Shown here in pieces: positions 10,493 through 20,758 of a DNA stretch of 64,000 bases. Position 1 is the stretch's first letter; every line of letters begins with the position of its first letter. The translations under genes and the position numbers were made by a program. The DNA is from Escherichia coli (GTDB lineage Bacteria > Pseudomonadota > Gammaproteobacteria > Enterobacterales > Enterobacteriaceae): the NCBI RefSeq assembly GCF_050320075.1, contig NZ_CP190018.1; one strand, 5' to 3'. The notes beneath the pieces were generated by a model. It worked only from the letters and a program-made list of their open reading frames with translations. It was not told the origin of the DNA and ran no database searches.

Positions 10493-11629
10493 TCATGAAG
10501 GCCCGCAGCCAGCAAGGATTAGAGAAAGGTATTCATTCTTACGTCCTGCCCGCTTTTGCTTGCGTTTAATACCCGCTTTAAAGCTATTCTCTGCGGTCAG
10601 TAAATTCATCGCGATATGTCGACAAACTGCCAGATTTTCTCCCGCTTCTCCACGAACAATCTGGCATTCATCTTCCCGCATCCCCATATCAAGTCGCCAG
10701 TGCAGTTGATTTTCTACCGACCAGTGTGCTCGTGTTGCTTCCAGGAGTTCTTTCGCCGTAAGCGTCACCGAACTTATGTAGTAGCGAAGAATACACTTCT
10801 CTGATTTCACCGCTGTTTCTCCTTCCTGTCTGCTCGCCAGCACTATTCCTATCGTGCTCAGCTCTGACCATTCATAAGCTAAATCACCCAGAGCGGTTAA
10901 ATCATGGCTCACAATGCAGCATCGTGTATCTTCCCGTCCATGCCCTTTTTCCTGCGTGCTGTAACTGTCATACCTCTCACCCAGCCACATTGTCGGCGAG
11001 TACCCGTTATCAAACGCCTCCGCTAATTTTCCCTGATTTCCTTTCAGCGCCAGCAGGTAACCGGCTTTCTTTTTCAGAATTTCACGGGCGATTATATGCT
11101 GGCAACCCATTGCATCCAGCGTGACCAGACACCCTTTTAATTCCAGCAACTGGAGCCGTTCCGGGATCGCCGTTATCTCATTCGATTTTGCCCCTGTTTT
11201 CACCTGCCCCAAAACCAGACGATTTTCTGCGCTAAAAGCACTGACCCTATGGATCACGGCATTACGTTTCGATTTATCGTAAGTACCCCGTAATGACTTA
11301 CCATCAATCGCCACAACAGAGCCTTCAGACAACGTGTGACAGTCCTTCATCTACTGGATAAAAAGGGGCTGTAATTGTTTTGCTGAAATCATTCCCATCA
11401 CTCGGGCAATCGTGTGATGGGAGGGGGTGCCATTTTCAAAATCACCATACAGGCGTAACCATTCCAGATGCTCCTCACCAAAATCAGCAATTTCTTCCCA
11501 TCCTTCAGCGCCACCGATAATGGCGGTGATCGTCAGAAAAAGGATATCCGCCAGGCTGTAACTGGTTTTCCAGGACTGGCGATAATCGTGAATAATTGAA
11601 ATTTGATCCAAAAGGCTTAGTCCGTTCAT
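10493..11629 (-). pseudogene. H-repeat-associated protein (ISAs1-family transposase-like), 378 codons interrupted by an in-frame TAG at 11351..11353
   Basis: ORFs 11351..11629 and 10493..11350 are contiguous in one frame, separated only by TAG; the fragment at 4241..4792 has W at that position. Confidence 0.7.
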
Positions 11630-11679
11630 GGTGTGCTATCCATCAAAAAGAAAGGATAAGATCACACTGAAATAAGATG

Positions 11680-11810
11680 GTCAAATTGATCGAAAAAAAA
11701 GATCAACATGATGGGTTTTACGATAAAAGTAATGTCGCGATTTAAAAATTCATCATTCACCAAAGTCTTGTGGGGCGCGGGCTTTCATGCTTTTTCCCTG
11801 ATACGCTACC
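11680..11810 (-). repeat. H-rpt element upstream-end repeat, copy B
   Basis: Closely similar to 4940..5065. Confidence 0.6.
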
Positions 11811-12040
11811 GCTCTGCCCTGATAACATGATCTGCACGGCGCTATCATATCGACATATTTCTCTACATGCGAAAGGATGTTTTATTTTCGGATTATATTA
11901 AATTGATATTTCATATAAAAAACGAGATTACATAAATCATATAAATAATTGTACCAACTTTAATTACCATTCATAGCAAACAAATGGATGTCCAGTTAAC
12001 TACGCCAGTGATTTATTAACATTAATCTCCGGCATTATTG

Positions 12041-12647
12041 TTAAATAATGGCATTCCTTTTTAGTATTTCTTGTAACGTTGGTATCGGACATACAGCATC
12101 AGCAATCGCACTGATATTCGCGGCATTATCTTGAAACCATTCATGCCCCGGTCCCCATATGCGCATAACGCAGAGATAAGGGTAGCTGATCGCCAAACGC
12201 ATAAGGTTCAGCAGTGAGCTACGAATTCAACCAGATATAAAACGATTTTCGATATTCAATAACATTCTTCTTTAACTGTTCGGGTGCGTCAGGAGCCCAA
12301 CGCTCAGGGTAATCGGCGAAAGTGAATGTTGGATAGACATTAGCAACCAGCCAGACCAATAGCCGTTGAAACTGCTGACGTTCGGCGCGCCCAACCGGTG
12401 GCGCAAGGTCCGGGCGACGATCGAGAACCATCAATGCAATCGCCGCTGTCTCCGTCATAATCTCGTCATTTTCCAGCGCCAGTGTCGGAATCTGACACAA
12501 CGGGTTCAGGGTTTTCAATAACTCGCGTGAGGTTCCCTCGTGGTCAAAACCACTGACATCAACGAACTGATAAGGAATATCAGCCAGTGTTAGCATCAGC
12601 TCACTGATTGTAGAGCCCCATCCGGGTACGCCATACACCTTAATCAT
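12041..12647 (-). pseudogene. yncG: glutathione S-transferase homologue, disrupted by an in-frame TAG (12219..12221) and a downstream frameshift
   Basis: 142-aa N-terminal GST-like ORF ends at TAG; the GST C-terminal remnant CVMRIWGPGHEWFQDNAANISAIADAV continues in another frame to a stop near 12041. Confidence 0.6.
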
Positions 12648-12913
12648 ATGCCCCTCACAATCTTTTAAAGATTAAGTGTAGGACAGTACACAGGTTAACC
12701 AGCAAAAGGATTTGTCATTTTTTCGTCAGTTGTATTATTCCCCTTCAGGATTGTAAGGGGATGTTTTGCATCGTTTATCGATAACGGGTAGGATGCTGCG
12801 CCGATAGTTTTATACCCATAAAGAATAATGGTGATAACTATCATCGCCAGGATGAATAAACATTGTTCATGGCAACTTATATGACTTTTTCATTAAAGCA
12901 ATCAGGGAGAGCA

Positions 12914-14413
12914 ATGAGTAAACACGACACCGACACTTCAGATCAACACGCCGCGAAACGCCGCTGGCTTAATGCCCACGAAGAGGGGTATCACAAAGCG
13001 ATGGGCAATCGCCAGGTACAGATGATCGCCATTGGCGGCGCGATTGGTACGGGTTTGTTTTTAGGCGCGGGAGCCCGACTGCAAATGGCGGGGCCAGCAC
13101 TGGCACTGGTCTATTTGATCTGCGGCCTGTTTTCATTTTTTATTCTGCGTGCATTGGGTGAGCTGGTGTTACACCGCCCTTCCAGTGGCAGTTTTGTCTC
13201 TTATGCCCGTGAGTTTTTAGGAGAGAAAGCCGCTTACGTTGCAGGCTGGATGTACTTCATCAACTGGGCGATGACGGGGATTGTCGATATTACCGCCGTC
13301 GCTCTGTATATGCATTACTGGGGTGCGTTTGGCGGCGTGCCGCAGTGGGTCTTTGCGCTCGCTGCGCTGACCATCGTTGGCACCATGAATATGATCGGTG
13401 TGAAATGGTTTGCCGAGATGGAGTTCTGGTTTGCGCTTATTAAAGTGCTCGCCATTGTTACCTTTTTGGTCGTGGGTACAGTGTTCCTCGGTAGTGGTCA
13501 GCCGCTGGATGGCAACACCACTGGTTTTCATTTAATTACCGATAACGGCGGCTTCTTCCCCCACGGTTTGCTGCCTGCGCTGGTGTTGATTCAGGGCGTA
13601 GTGTTTGCTTTTGCCTCCATTGAAATGGTGGGTACAGCTGCCGGAGAATGTAAAGATCCGCAGACCATGGTGCCTAAAGCCATTAACAGTGTGATTTGGC
13701 GTATTGGCCTGTTTTACGTCGGCTCCGTGGTGTTGCTGGTTATGTTATTGCCGTGGAGCGCATATCAGGCGGGGCAAAGTCCGTTCGTGACGTTTTTCTC
13801 TAAACTGGGTGTGCCATATATCGGCAGCATTATGAACATTGTGGTGCTGACCGCTGCCCTCTCCAGCCTGAACTCAGGTCTGTACTGCACCGGACGTATT
13901 CTGCGCTCAATGGCGATGGGCGGTTCCGCACCGAGTTTTATGGCGAAAATGAGTCGTCAGCATGTGCCGTATGCCGGGATTCTGGCGACACTGGTTGTGT
14001 ATGTCGTCGGCGTATTCCTCAACTATCTGGTGCCGTCGCGCGTATTTGAGATTGTGTTGAACTTCGCGTCGCTGGGAATTATCGCCTCATGGGCGTTTAT
14101 CATCGTGTGCCAGATGCGCCTGCGTAAAGCGATTAAAGAAGGCAAAGCCGCGGATGTCAGTTTTAAACTGCCTGGCGCGCCCTTCACTTCCTGGCTGACA
14201 TTACTGTTTTTGCTGAGCGTCCTGGTGCTGATGGCGTTCGATTACCCGAACGGGACTTATACCATCGCGGCGCTGCCGATTATCGGTATTCTGCTGGTTA
14301 TAGGCTGGTTTGGTGTGCGCAAACGCGTTGCTGAAATTCACAGCACTGCGCCAGTCGTCGAGGAAGATGAAGAACAACAGGAAATTGTGTTTAAGCCTGA
14401 AACGGCGAGTTAA
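12914..14413 (+). CDS. ansP: L-asparagine permease (APC family amino-acid transporter)
   Basis: 499 aa from MSKHDTDTSDQ with GGGAGAG Shine-Dalgarno; polytopic membrane protein. Confidence 0.9.
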   Translation: MSKHDTDTSDQHAAKRRWLNAHEEGYHKAMGNRQVQMIAIGGAIGTGLFLGAGARLQMAGPALALVYLICGLFSFFILRALGELVLHRPSSGSFVSYAREFLGEKAAYVAGWMYFINWAMTGIVDITAVALYMHYWGAFGGVPQWVFALAALTIVGTMNMIGVKWFAEMEFWFALIKVLAIVTFLVVGTVFLGSGQPLDGNTTGFHLITDNGGFFPHGLLPALVLIQGVVFAFASIEMVGTAAGECKDPQTMVPKAINSVIWRIGLFYVGSVVLLVMLLPWSAYQAGQSPFVTFFSKLGVPYIGSIMNIVVLTAALSSLNSGLYCTGRILRSMAMGGSAPSFMAKMSRQHVPYAGILATLVVYVVGVFLNYLVPSRVFEIVLNFASLGIIASWAFIIVCQMRLRKAIKEGKAADVSFKLPGAPFTSWLTLLFLLSVLVLMAFDYPNGTYTIAALPIIGILLVIGWFGVRKRVAEIHSTAPVVEEDEEQQEIVFKPETAS

Positions 14414-14525
14414 TTGCAAAATTGCCCGGCTACGTGCCGGGCAAATTCAAATTACTGACGAAGGTGCCGGATACGGCGTGATAAAAGTCAGGCAAGTCTC
14501 ACCGTTTTCACCCTCGCCATATCTA

Positions 14526-15587
14526 TTACAGCGCAATACGAATCACATCATCCGGCTGGGTTGCTTCCTGCTGTTTAGTGGATTTTTGTTTCACACTGAC
14601 ATACAGCGTTTTACCATCGGCAGACAGCGCCAGGCTGTTCGGATGAGTCGGCGTATCGAACGTTTTCACCACTTTATAGCTTTTCGCGTCAATCACACTG
14701 ACTTTACCTGCCTGACGATGCGTTACGTAGGCTTCATTACGCGCCGGGTTAAACAGCACAGCCAGTGATTCCGGTGCCGCAACCTTCGCCAGAATATTGC
14801 CATTACGGGTATCGACCACTAACACTTCTGCGGCTTTAGAATCGGTGATAAATGCACGCTGCCTGGCGGTATCAAGGCTAATGTTGATAAAGAAGTGCTC
14901 TTTGCCGTCATCCAGCAGCTTTTTACGGCTGAGGATTTTATTGTCGGCGGTGTCGATGGTAATCAATTCGCCGTCAGCGTTAGTGGTGTAAAGACGTTTG
15001 CCTTTGCTATCCAGCGCCAGACCGGTACTCATTTTACCGGTGTTCTGGATGGCGGTTTTCAGTTTGATATTCTCGCCATCAACGACCCAAATCACGCTCT
15101 CTTTACCAATACCACTGATGTAAACGGTGTTCGTGGCATCATCAGCTACCAGCTCACGCGGTTGCAGCGGGCGCACCTCTTCCGTGCGCTTACGATCATC
15201 CAGCACCAGACGGCCTTTCACTTCGCCCGTTTTGGCATCTATCGCCGTGACCGCGCTGTTTACAGTGTTACCAAACCACAACGTCTGAGTCGTGTTATTG
15301 ATGGTGGCACCAAACGGCTTGAGATCGTTATGGATCGCCTGCGTCACTTCCAGAGTAACCGGATCAAGACGATAAACCACGCCGCCTTTATCCAGTTTGC
15401 GGCTTTGCGAAGTGGCGAGCCACAGCGCGTTCTCCTGCTGGCTATAAGCCATTTCGTAGGCACCTTTACCTACCGCTTTACGCAGCATTTCTTCTGCAGC
15501 CTGCGTACTGAATGATGAAGCAACAAGCAATGAACCTAACAGTAATGAACCACGCAGGCGCGATGAAAACAGATGACGTAAATGCAT
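14526..15587 (-). CDS. yncE: periplasmic beta-propeller protein YncE
   Basis: 353 aa with signal peptide; position between ansP and yncD. Confidence 0.85.
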   Translation of the reverse strand: MHLRHLFSSRLRGSLLLGSLLVASSFSTQAAEEMLRKAVGKGAYEMAYSQQENALWLATSQSRKLDKGGVVYRLDPVTLEVTQAIHNDLKPFGATINNTTQTLWFGNTVNSAVTAIDAKTGEVKGRLVLDDRKRTEEVRPLQPRELVADDATNTVYISGIGKESVIWVVDGENIKLKTAIQNTGKMSTGLALDSKGKRLYTTNADGELITIDTADNKILSRKKLLDDGKEHFFINISLDTARQRAFITDSKAAEVLVVDTRNGNILAKVAAPESLAVLFNPARNEAYVTHRQAGKVSVIDAKSYKVVKTFDTPTHPNSLALSADGKTLYVSVKQKSTKQQEATQPDDVIRIAL

Positions 15588-15828
15588 GACGACTCCCTTT
15601 GATGAACCGATATTTTTGCTGCTTCACAATGCTTCGCTAAGCGTAATCATCGTTACGCTCTTGTTATAAATGGGAATGGTAATCATTATTTTCTCAAATG
15701 TGGAGCATTTCTTGCCGTTACGACTACAATTTTCTCAATTACTTAACGTATCGTGCCGTTTCGTTTTCCATATATTTACAATTTTATTACCATGGCGGCG
15801 TTTTCCCATTCTTAACTTGGCTTTTTTC

Positions 15829-17931
15829 ATGAAGATTTTTTCCGTCCGACAGACCGTTTTGCCCGCACTGCTTGTCCTTTCCCCCGTTGTTTTTGCCGCT
15901 GATGAACAGACCATGATTGTCAGTGCCGCACCGCAGGTGGTTTCAGAACTGGATACCCCAGCAGCCGTGAGCGTGGTGGATGGCGAGGAGATGCGCCTGG
16001 CAACACCGCGCATTAACTTGTCCGAATCACTGACCAGCGTGCCTGGTTTGCAGGTACAAAACCGGCAGAACTATGCGCAAGATTTACAGCTGTCGATTCG
16101 CGGATTTGGCTCCCGCTCCACTTACGGAATTCGCGGTATTCGCCTGTATGTGGACGGTATTCCCGCCACCATGCCCGACGGACAAGGGCAAACATCCAAC
16201 ATCGATTTAAGCAGTGTACAAAATGTGGAAGTGCTGCGCGGCCCCTTCTCTGCTCTGTATGGCAACGCGTCTGGCGGTGTAATGAATGTCATCACCCAGA
16301 CCGGACAACAGCCACCAACCATTGAAGCCAGTAGTTACTACGGCAGTTTTGGCAGCTGGCGCTATGGGCTGAAAGCAACAGGCGCAATGGGCGACGGCAC
16401 TCAGCCTGGCGATGTCGATTACACCGTCTCAACCACGCGCTTTACGACCCACGGCTATCGTGATCATAGTGGCGCACAGAAAAATTTAGCCAATGCCAAA
16501 CTGGGCGTACGCATTGATGACGCCAGCAAATTAAGCCTGATTTTCAATAGTGTGGATATCAAAGCAGATGACCCAGGTGGGCTAACCGAAGCAGAATGGA
16601 AGGCGAATCCGCAACAAGCGCCACGCGCTGAACAGTACGACACGCGAAAAACCATCAAGCAAACTCAGGCTGGGTTGCGCTATGAACGTAGCCTGAGCGC
16701 ACAAGATGATATGAGTGTGATGATGTATGCCGGGGAGCGAGAAACGACCCAGTACCAGTCAATCCCGATGGCACCACAACTTAACCCGTCGCATGCGGGC
16801 GGCGTGATTACTCTGCAACGCCATTATCAGGGGATAGACAGCCGCTGGACACACCGTGGCGAGCTGGGCGTTCCGCTCACGTTCACTACCGGCCTGAACT
16901 ACGAAAACATGAGTGAAAATCGCAAAGGCTACAATAACTTCCGCCTGAATAGCGGCGTGCCGGAATACGGGCAAAAAGGTGAGTTGCGCCGTGACGAACG
17001 CAATCTGATGTGGAACGTCGATCCCTATTTGCAGACACAGTGGCAGCTGAGCGAAAAACTGTCGCTGGATGCTGGCGTGCGCTACAGCTCCGTATGGTTT
17101 GATTCCAACGACCATTACGTTACTTCGGGTAACGGCGATGACAGCGGTGATGCCAGTTATCACAAATGGCTACCTGCCGGTTCGTTAAAATATGCAATGA
17201 CCGATGCCTGGAATATCTATCTGGCAGCCGGGCGAGGTTTTGAAACGCCGACGATTAATGAGCTGTCTTATCGTGCTGACGGTCAAAGCGGTATGAACTT
17301 TGGTTTAAAACCATCCACCAACGATACAATTGAGATCGGCAGTAAAACGCGTATTGGTGATGGGCTGCTTAGTCTCGCATTGTTCCAGACCGACACCGAT
17401 GATGAAATTGTAGTCGATAGCAGTAGCGGTGGGCGTACGACTTACAAAAATGCCGGAAAGACCCGTCGTCAAGGCGCTGAGCTGGCATGGGATCAACGTT
17501 TCGCGGGAGATTTTCGTGTAAAAGCGTCCTGGACCTGGCTCGATGCGACCTATCGCAGCAATGTTTGCAATGAACAGGATTGTAACGGTAATCGGATGCC
17601 AGGGATCGCCCGTAATATGGGCTTTGCGTCGATAGGTTATGTACCGGAGGATGGCTGGTATGCAGGTACGGAAGCGCGTTATATGGGCGATATTATGGCA
17701 GATGATGAAAATACGGCCAAAGCGCCGTCTTATACTCTCGTCGGCTTATTCACCGGGTATAAATACAATTACCACAATTTAACTGTGGATTTATTTGGTC
17801 GTGTCGATAATTTATTCGATAAAGAATACGTTGGTTCTGTCATTGTCAATGAGTCAAACGGGCGATATTACGAACCTGCGCCCGGGCGAAATTATGGTGT
17901 CGGCATGAATATTGCATGGCGATTTGAGTAA
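15829..17931 (+). CDS. yncD: TonB-dependent outer-membrane receptor
   Basis: 700 aa from MKIFSVRQ; signal peptide; C-terminal aromatic residue (…AWRFE). Confidence 0.85.
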   Translation: MKIFSVRQTVLPALLVLSPVVFAADEQTMIVSAAPQVVSELDTPAAVSVVDGEEMRLATPRINLSESLTSVPGLQVQNRQNYAQDLQLSIRGFGSRSTYGIRGIRLYVDGIPATMPDGQGQTSNIDLSSVQNVEVLRGPFSALYGNASGGVMNVITQTGQQPPTIEASSYYGSFGSWRYGLKATGAMGDGTQPGDVDYTVSTTRFTTHGYRDHSGAQKNLANAKLGVRIDDASKLSLIFNSVDIKADDPGGLTEAEWKANPQQAPRAEQYDTRKTIKQTQAGLRYERSLSAQDDMSVMMYAGERETTQYQSIPMAPQLNPSHAGGVITLQRHYQGIDSRWTHRGELGVPLTFTTGLNYENMSENRKGYNNFRLNSGVPEYGQKGELRRDERNLMWNVDPYLQTQWQLSEKLSLDAGVRYSSVWFDSNDHYVTSGNGDDSGDASYHKWLPAGSLKYAMTDAWNIYLAAGRGFETPTINELSYRADGQSGMNFGLKPSTNDTIEIGSKTRIGDGLLSLALFQTDTDDEIVVDSSSGGRTTYKNAGKTRRQGAELAWDQRFAGDFRVKASWTWLDATYRSNVCNEQDCNGNRMPGIARNMGFASIGYVPEDGWYAGTEARYMGDIMADDENTAKAPSYTLVGLFTGYKYNYHNLTVDLFGRVDNLFDKEYVGSVIVNESNGRYYEPAPGRNYGVGMNIAWRFE

Positions 17932-17964
17932 TTACCTTGATGCCCGGTATTTGCCGGGCATTTA

Positions 17965-18675
17965 ATTGTGCACAGAAAACCCCCAGCTAGGCTGGGGGTT
18001 CCGGAAAGCTTTCAGCTTTAAGCCAGTTATTAAAACCCCTTTTGATTTGTTAAAACACCTTGCGGTCTGGCAACTGCAAGTGTCAAACAAGAAATCAAAA
18101 GGGGGTCCCAATGGGGAACGAAAAGAGCTTAGCGCACACCCGATGGAACTGTAAATATCACATAGTTTTTGCGCCAAAATACCGAAGACAGGTGTTCTAC
18201 AGAGAGAAGCGTAGAGCAATAGGCAGTATTTTGAGAAAGCTGTGTGAGTGGAAAAGTGTACGGATTCTGGAAGCTGAATGCTGTGCAGATCATATCCATA
18301 TGCTTGTGGAGATCCCGCCCAAAATGAGCGTATCCGGCTTTATGGGATATCTGAAAGGGAAAAGCAGTCTGATGCTTTACGAGCAGTTTGGTGATTTGAA
18401 ATTCAAATACAGGAACAGGGAGTTCTGGTGCAGAGGGTACTACGTCGATACGGTGGGTAAGAACACGGCGAAGATACAGGATTACATAAAGCACCAGCTT
18501 GAAGAGGATAAAATGGGAGAGCAGTTATCGATTCCCTATCCGGGCAGCCCGTTTACGGGCCGTAAGTAACGAAGTTGGATGCAAATGTCAGATCGTGTGC
18601 GCCTGTTAGGGCGCGGCTGGTAAGAGAGCCTTATAGGCGCATTTGAAAAACCTCCGGCTATGCCGGAGGATATTT
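17965..18675 (+). mobile_element. IS200-like insertion sequence (IS200/IS605 family), boundaries approximate
   Basis: Left-end hairpin CCCCCAGCTAGGCTGGGGG just upstream of a 152-aa HUH/Y1 transposase; about 0.7 kb. Confidence 0.6.
18111..18569 (+). CDS. tnpA: IS200 transposase TnpA (Y1 HUH transposase, 152 aa)
   Basis: MGNEKSLAHTRWNCKYHIVFAPKYRR with HxH motif (ADHIHML) and catalytic Tyr region. Confidence 0.85.
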   Translation: MGNEKSLAHTRWNCKYHIVFAPKYRRQVFYREKRRAIGSILRKLCEWKSVRILEAECCADHIHMLVEIPPKMSVSGFMGYLKGKSSLMLYEQFGDLKFKYRNREFWCRGYYVDTVGKNTAKIQDYIKHQLEEDKMGEQLSIPYPGSPFTGRK

Positions 18676-18677
18676 AT

Positions 18678-19343
18678 TTAACGATTGTATTGCTGGTATA
18701 AAATAGCAATATTTTGTTGCATAATTTCAGCAAGACAATGTCTGCATCCCTCTTTGTCTTTTGCTTTTAACGCGGCGAGTAATAGACGATAGTTTTCTAT
18801 ACGTTCCCGTAATTCCGCTGGATTAATCGCTTCATAAAGATAATGTAAACCAGGTCCCATCCTGACCCACAGTTGCTCAATCATCTCACACAGGATGGGC
18901 ATATTTGAACGATGATAAATTGCTAAGCGAAATAGCCTGTTCGCATTAATGATTTGTTCCATGTCGCCCTTTTCTTGCGCCTGCTGTAATTTCTCGAGCA
19001 ATTCCTCGAGTTCCGCCAGGTCTTGCGAGGTGAGGTTTTCAACAGCCAGAGTAACTGCCATTAATTCCAGCTCGTAGCGGATCCGATTGATTTCGTCTAA
19101 TTGACGTTTCCCCACTTCCGGAACTGTAAATGCTTGCGCTGGTGCGACAGAAAGCGCATTCACCGAAACCAGACGTAATAATGCTTCACGCACAGGTGTA
19201 ATACTCATACCTAATTGCTCCGCCAGATTTTTAGTAATCAGGCGTGCGCCAGGTTTTAGTGCGCCAATACTAAGCTGATGTTTCAGGTCATTCTCAACCT
19301 GCAGAGTCAAACTGACATGTTTCATTTTTTCCGTTCCAGGCAT
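18678..19343 (-). CDS. mcbR: GntR/FadR-family transcriptional regulator McbR
   Basis: 221 aa from MPGTEKMKH; AAGGA Shine-Dalgarno; N-terminal GntR helix-turn-helix. Confidence 0.85.
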   Translation of the reverse strand: MPGTEKMKHVSLTLQVENDLKHQLSIGALKPGARLITKNLAEQLGMSITPVREALLRLVSVNALSVAPAQAFTVPEVGKRQLDEINRIRYELELMAVTLAVENLTSQDLAELEELLEKLQQAQEKGDMEQIINANRLFRLAIYHRSNMPILCEMIEQLWVRMGPGLHYLYEAINPAELRERIENYRLLLAALKAKDKEGCRHCLAEIMQQNIAILYQQYNR

Positions 19344-19540
19344 TTTAATTCCTTCGCGTGTTTTCTGTCCAACCCTGCCTGCATGGCAGAAGGAGTTCAC
19401 CTGGGGTATTAAAGTGAATAATCATAAACCACTCACCTTTATTGTTATTAGCAGCAGAACAATGACGTAGTTAGTTAATTAAAGCTGAAAATAAGCTTTT
19501 TGCCTGGATTTTTATGGCGGCTTACGCCGCCGTCGTATCT

Positions 19541-20578
19541 TTAATCATCACCCGCCACGCGGATCACCACTTTGCCGAAGTTTTTACCCTTCAGCAGGCC
19601 GATAAATGTCTGTGGCGCATTCTCTAAACCGTCAGTAATTTCTTCGCGGTAGTGGATTTTATCCTCTTTCACCCATTGCCCCATCTCCTTCTGAAACTCA
19701 TGGATGCGGTGACCATAATCCTGAGCGATAATAAATCCTTGCAAGCGAATACGTTTTTTCAGCACCGTAGCCATCAGCAGAGGTAAACGATCCGGGCCGG
19801 GTGGTAGCTCTGTAGCGTTATAGCTGCTCACTAAGCCGCAGACGGGAATGCGCGCAGATGTATTAAGTAACGGTAGCACCGCATCAAATACTTTACCGCC
19901 CACGTTTTCATAATAGATATCAACGCCTTTTGGGCACGCTTTCGCCAGTTGTTCGGCAAAATCATCCGCGTGATGGTCAAGACAAACATCGAAGCCCTGC
20001 ACCTCAGTAGCATGGCGGCATTTTTCCGCGCCACCGGCCACCCCAACCACTCTACAACCTTTAAGTTTGCCGATTTGACCCACCGTCGCCCCTACTGGTC
20101 CTGTCGCCGCAGCTACCACCAGCGTTTCGCCCTCTTTAGGCTGGCCGATATCCAGTAGGCCCATATAAGCAGTAAAGCCTGGCATCCCCAGCACACCCAG
20201 CGACCACGATGGATTTTGCGGATGATCGCCAAGTTTCACCAAATCATCACCACTGGATATGTCATAGTCCTGCCATCCACTGTAGCCCAGCACCCAGTCG
20301 CCAGGCTGATAATCAGGATGATTCGACTCCACGACACGGCTCACCGTGCCGCCGACCATCACGCCGCCAATATCAACAGGCGGTGAATAAGATGGCTCAT
20401 CGCTCATACGTCCACGCATATACGGGTCCAGGGACAAATAAACTGTGCGCAGTAACACCTGTCCTTCACCCGGTGTGGCGACATCATCTTCTTCAAGACG
20501 GAAATTCTCCGGAACCGGTGCGCCATGCGGACGCGAGGCCAGAACCCAACGGCGGTTACGCTGCTTTTGTTGCCCCAT
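19541..20578 (-). CDS. curA: NADPH-dependent curcumin/dihydrocurcumin reductase (medium-chain dehydrogenase family)
   Basis: 345 aa from MGQQKQRNRR; Rossmann motif AAATGPVGATVGQ. Confidence 0.85.
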   Translation of the reverse strand: MGQQKQRNRRWVLASRPHGAPVPENFRLEEDDVATPGEGQVLLRTVYLSLDPYMRGRMSDEPSYSPPVDIGGVMVGGTVSRVVESNHPDYQPGDWVLGYSGWQDYDISSGDDLVKLGDHPQNPSWSLGVLGMPGFTAYMGLLDIGQPKEGETLVVAAATGPVGATVGQIGKLKGCRVVGVAGGAEKCRHATEVQGFDVCLDHHADDFAEQLAKACPKGVDIYYENVGGKVFDAVLPLLNTSARIPVCGLVSSYNATELPPGPDRLPLLMATVLKKRIRLQGFIIAQDYGHRIHEFQKEMGQWVKEDKIHYREEITDGLENAPQTFIGLLKGKNFGKVVIRVAGDD

Positions 20579-20758
20579 AATGCTCTCCTGTGCTTTTGGC
20601 ATGAATCCATCAATAGTAGCAGGCTCACGGGATTGGTTTTGTTTGCAGCCGTCACATCCCCTCTGCAACACGCAATAATTTCATCGAGGAATCCGTTGCT
20701 TCGGGCTGTTTTCGATAGTATTGATAACATCATCATCATTATTTTATCGAGGCCAGAC

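Noticed and set aside
12863-12913. N-terminal extensions in the ORF track (ansP from 12863, yncD from 15670, ydcI from 42646, tehA to 37393, curA to 20671, mnaT from 20525, ydcO from 33402, mcbR to 19400)
   Set aside because: Internal start codons with Shine-Dalgarno sequences give the expected protein lengths; the extensions are just the longest upstream open frame, and some begin with GTG or TTG.
18129-18494. 121-aa minus-strand ORF opposite the IS200 transposase
   Set aside because: Fully antisense to a well-supported tnpA frame.
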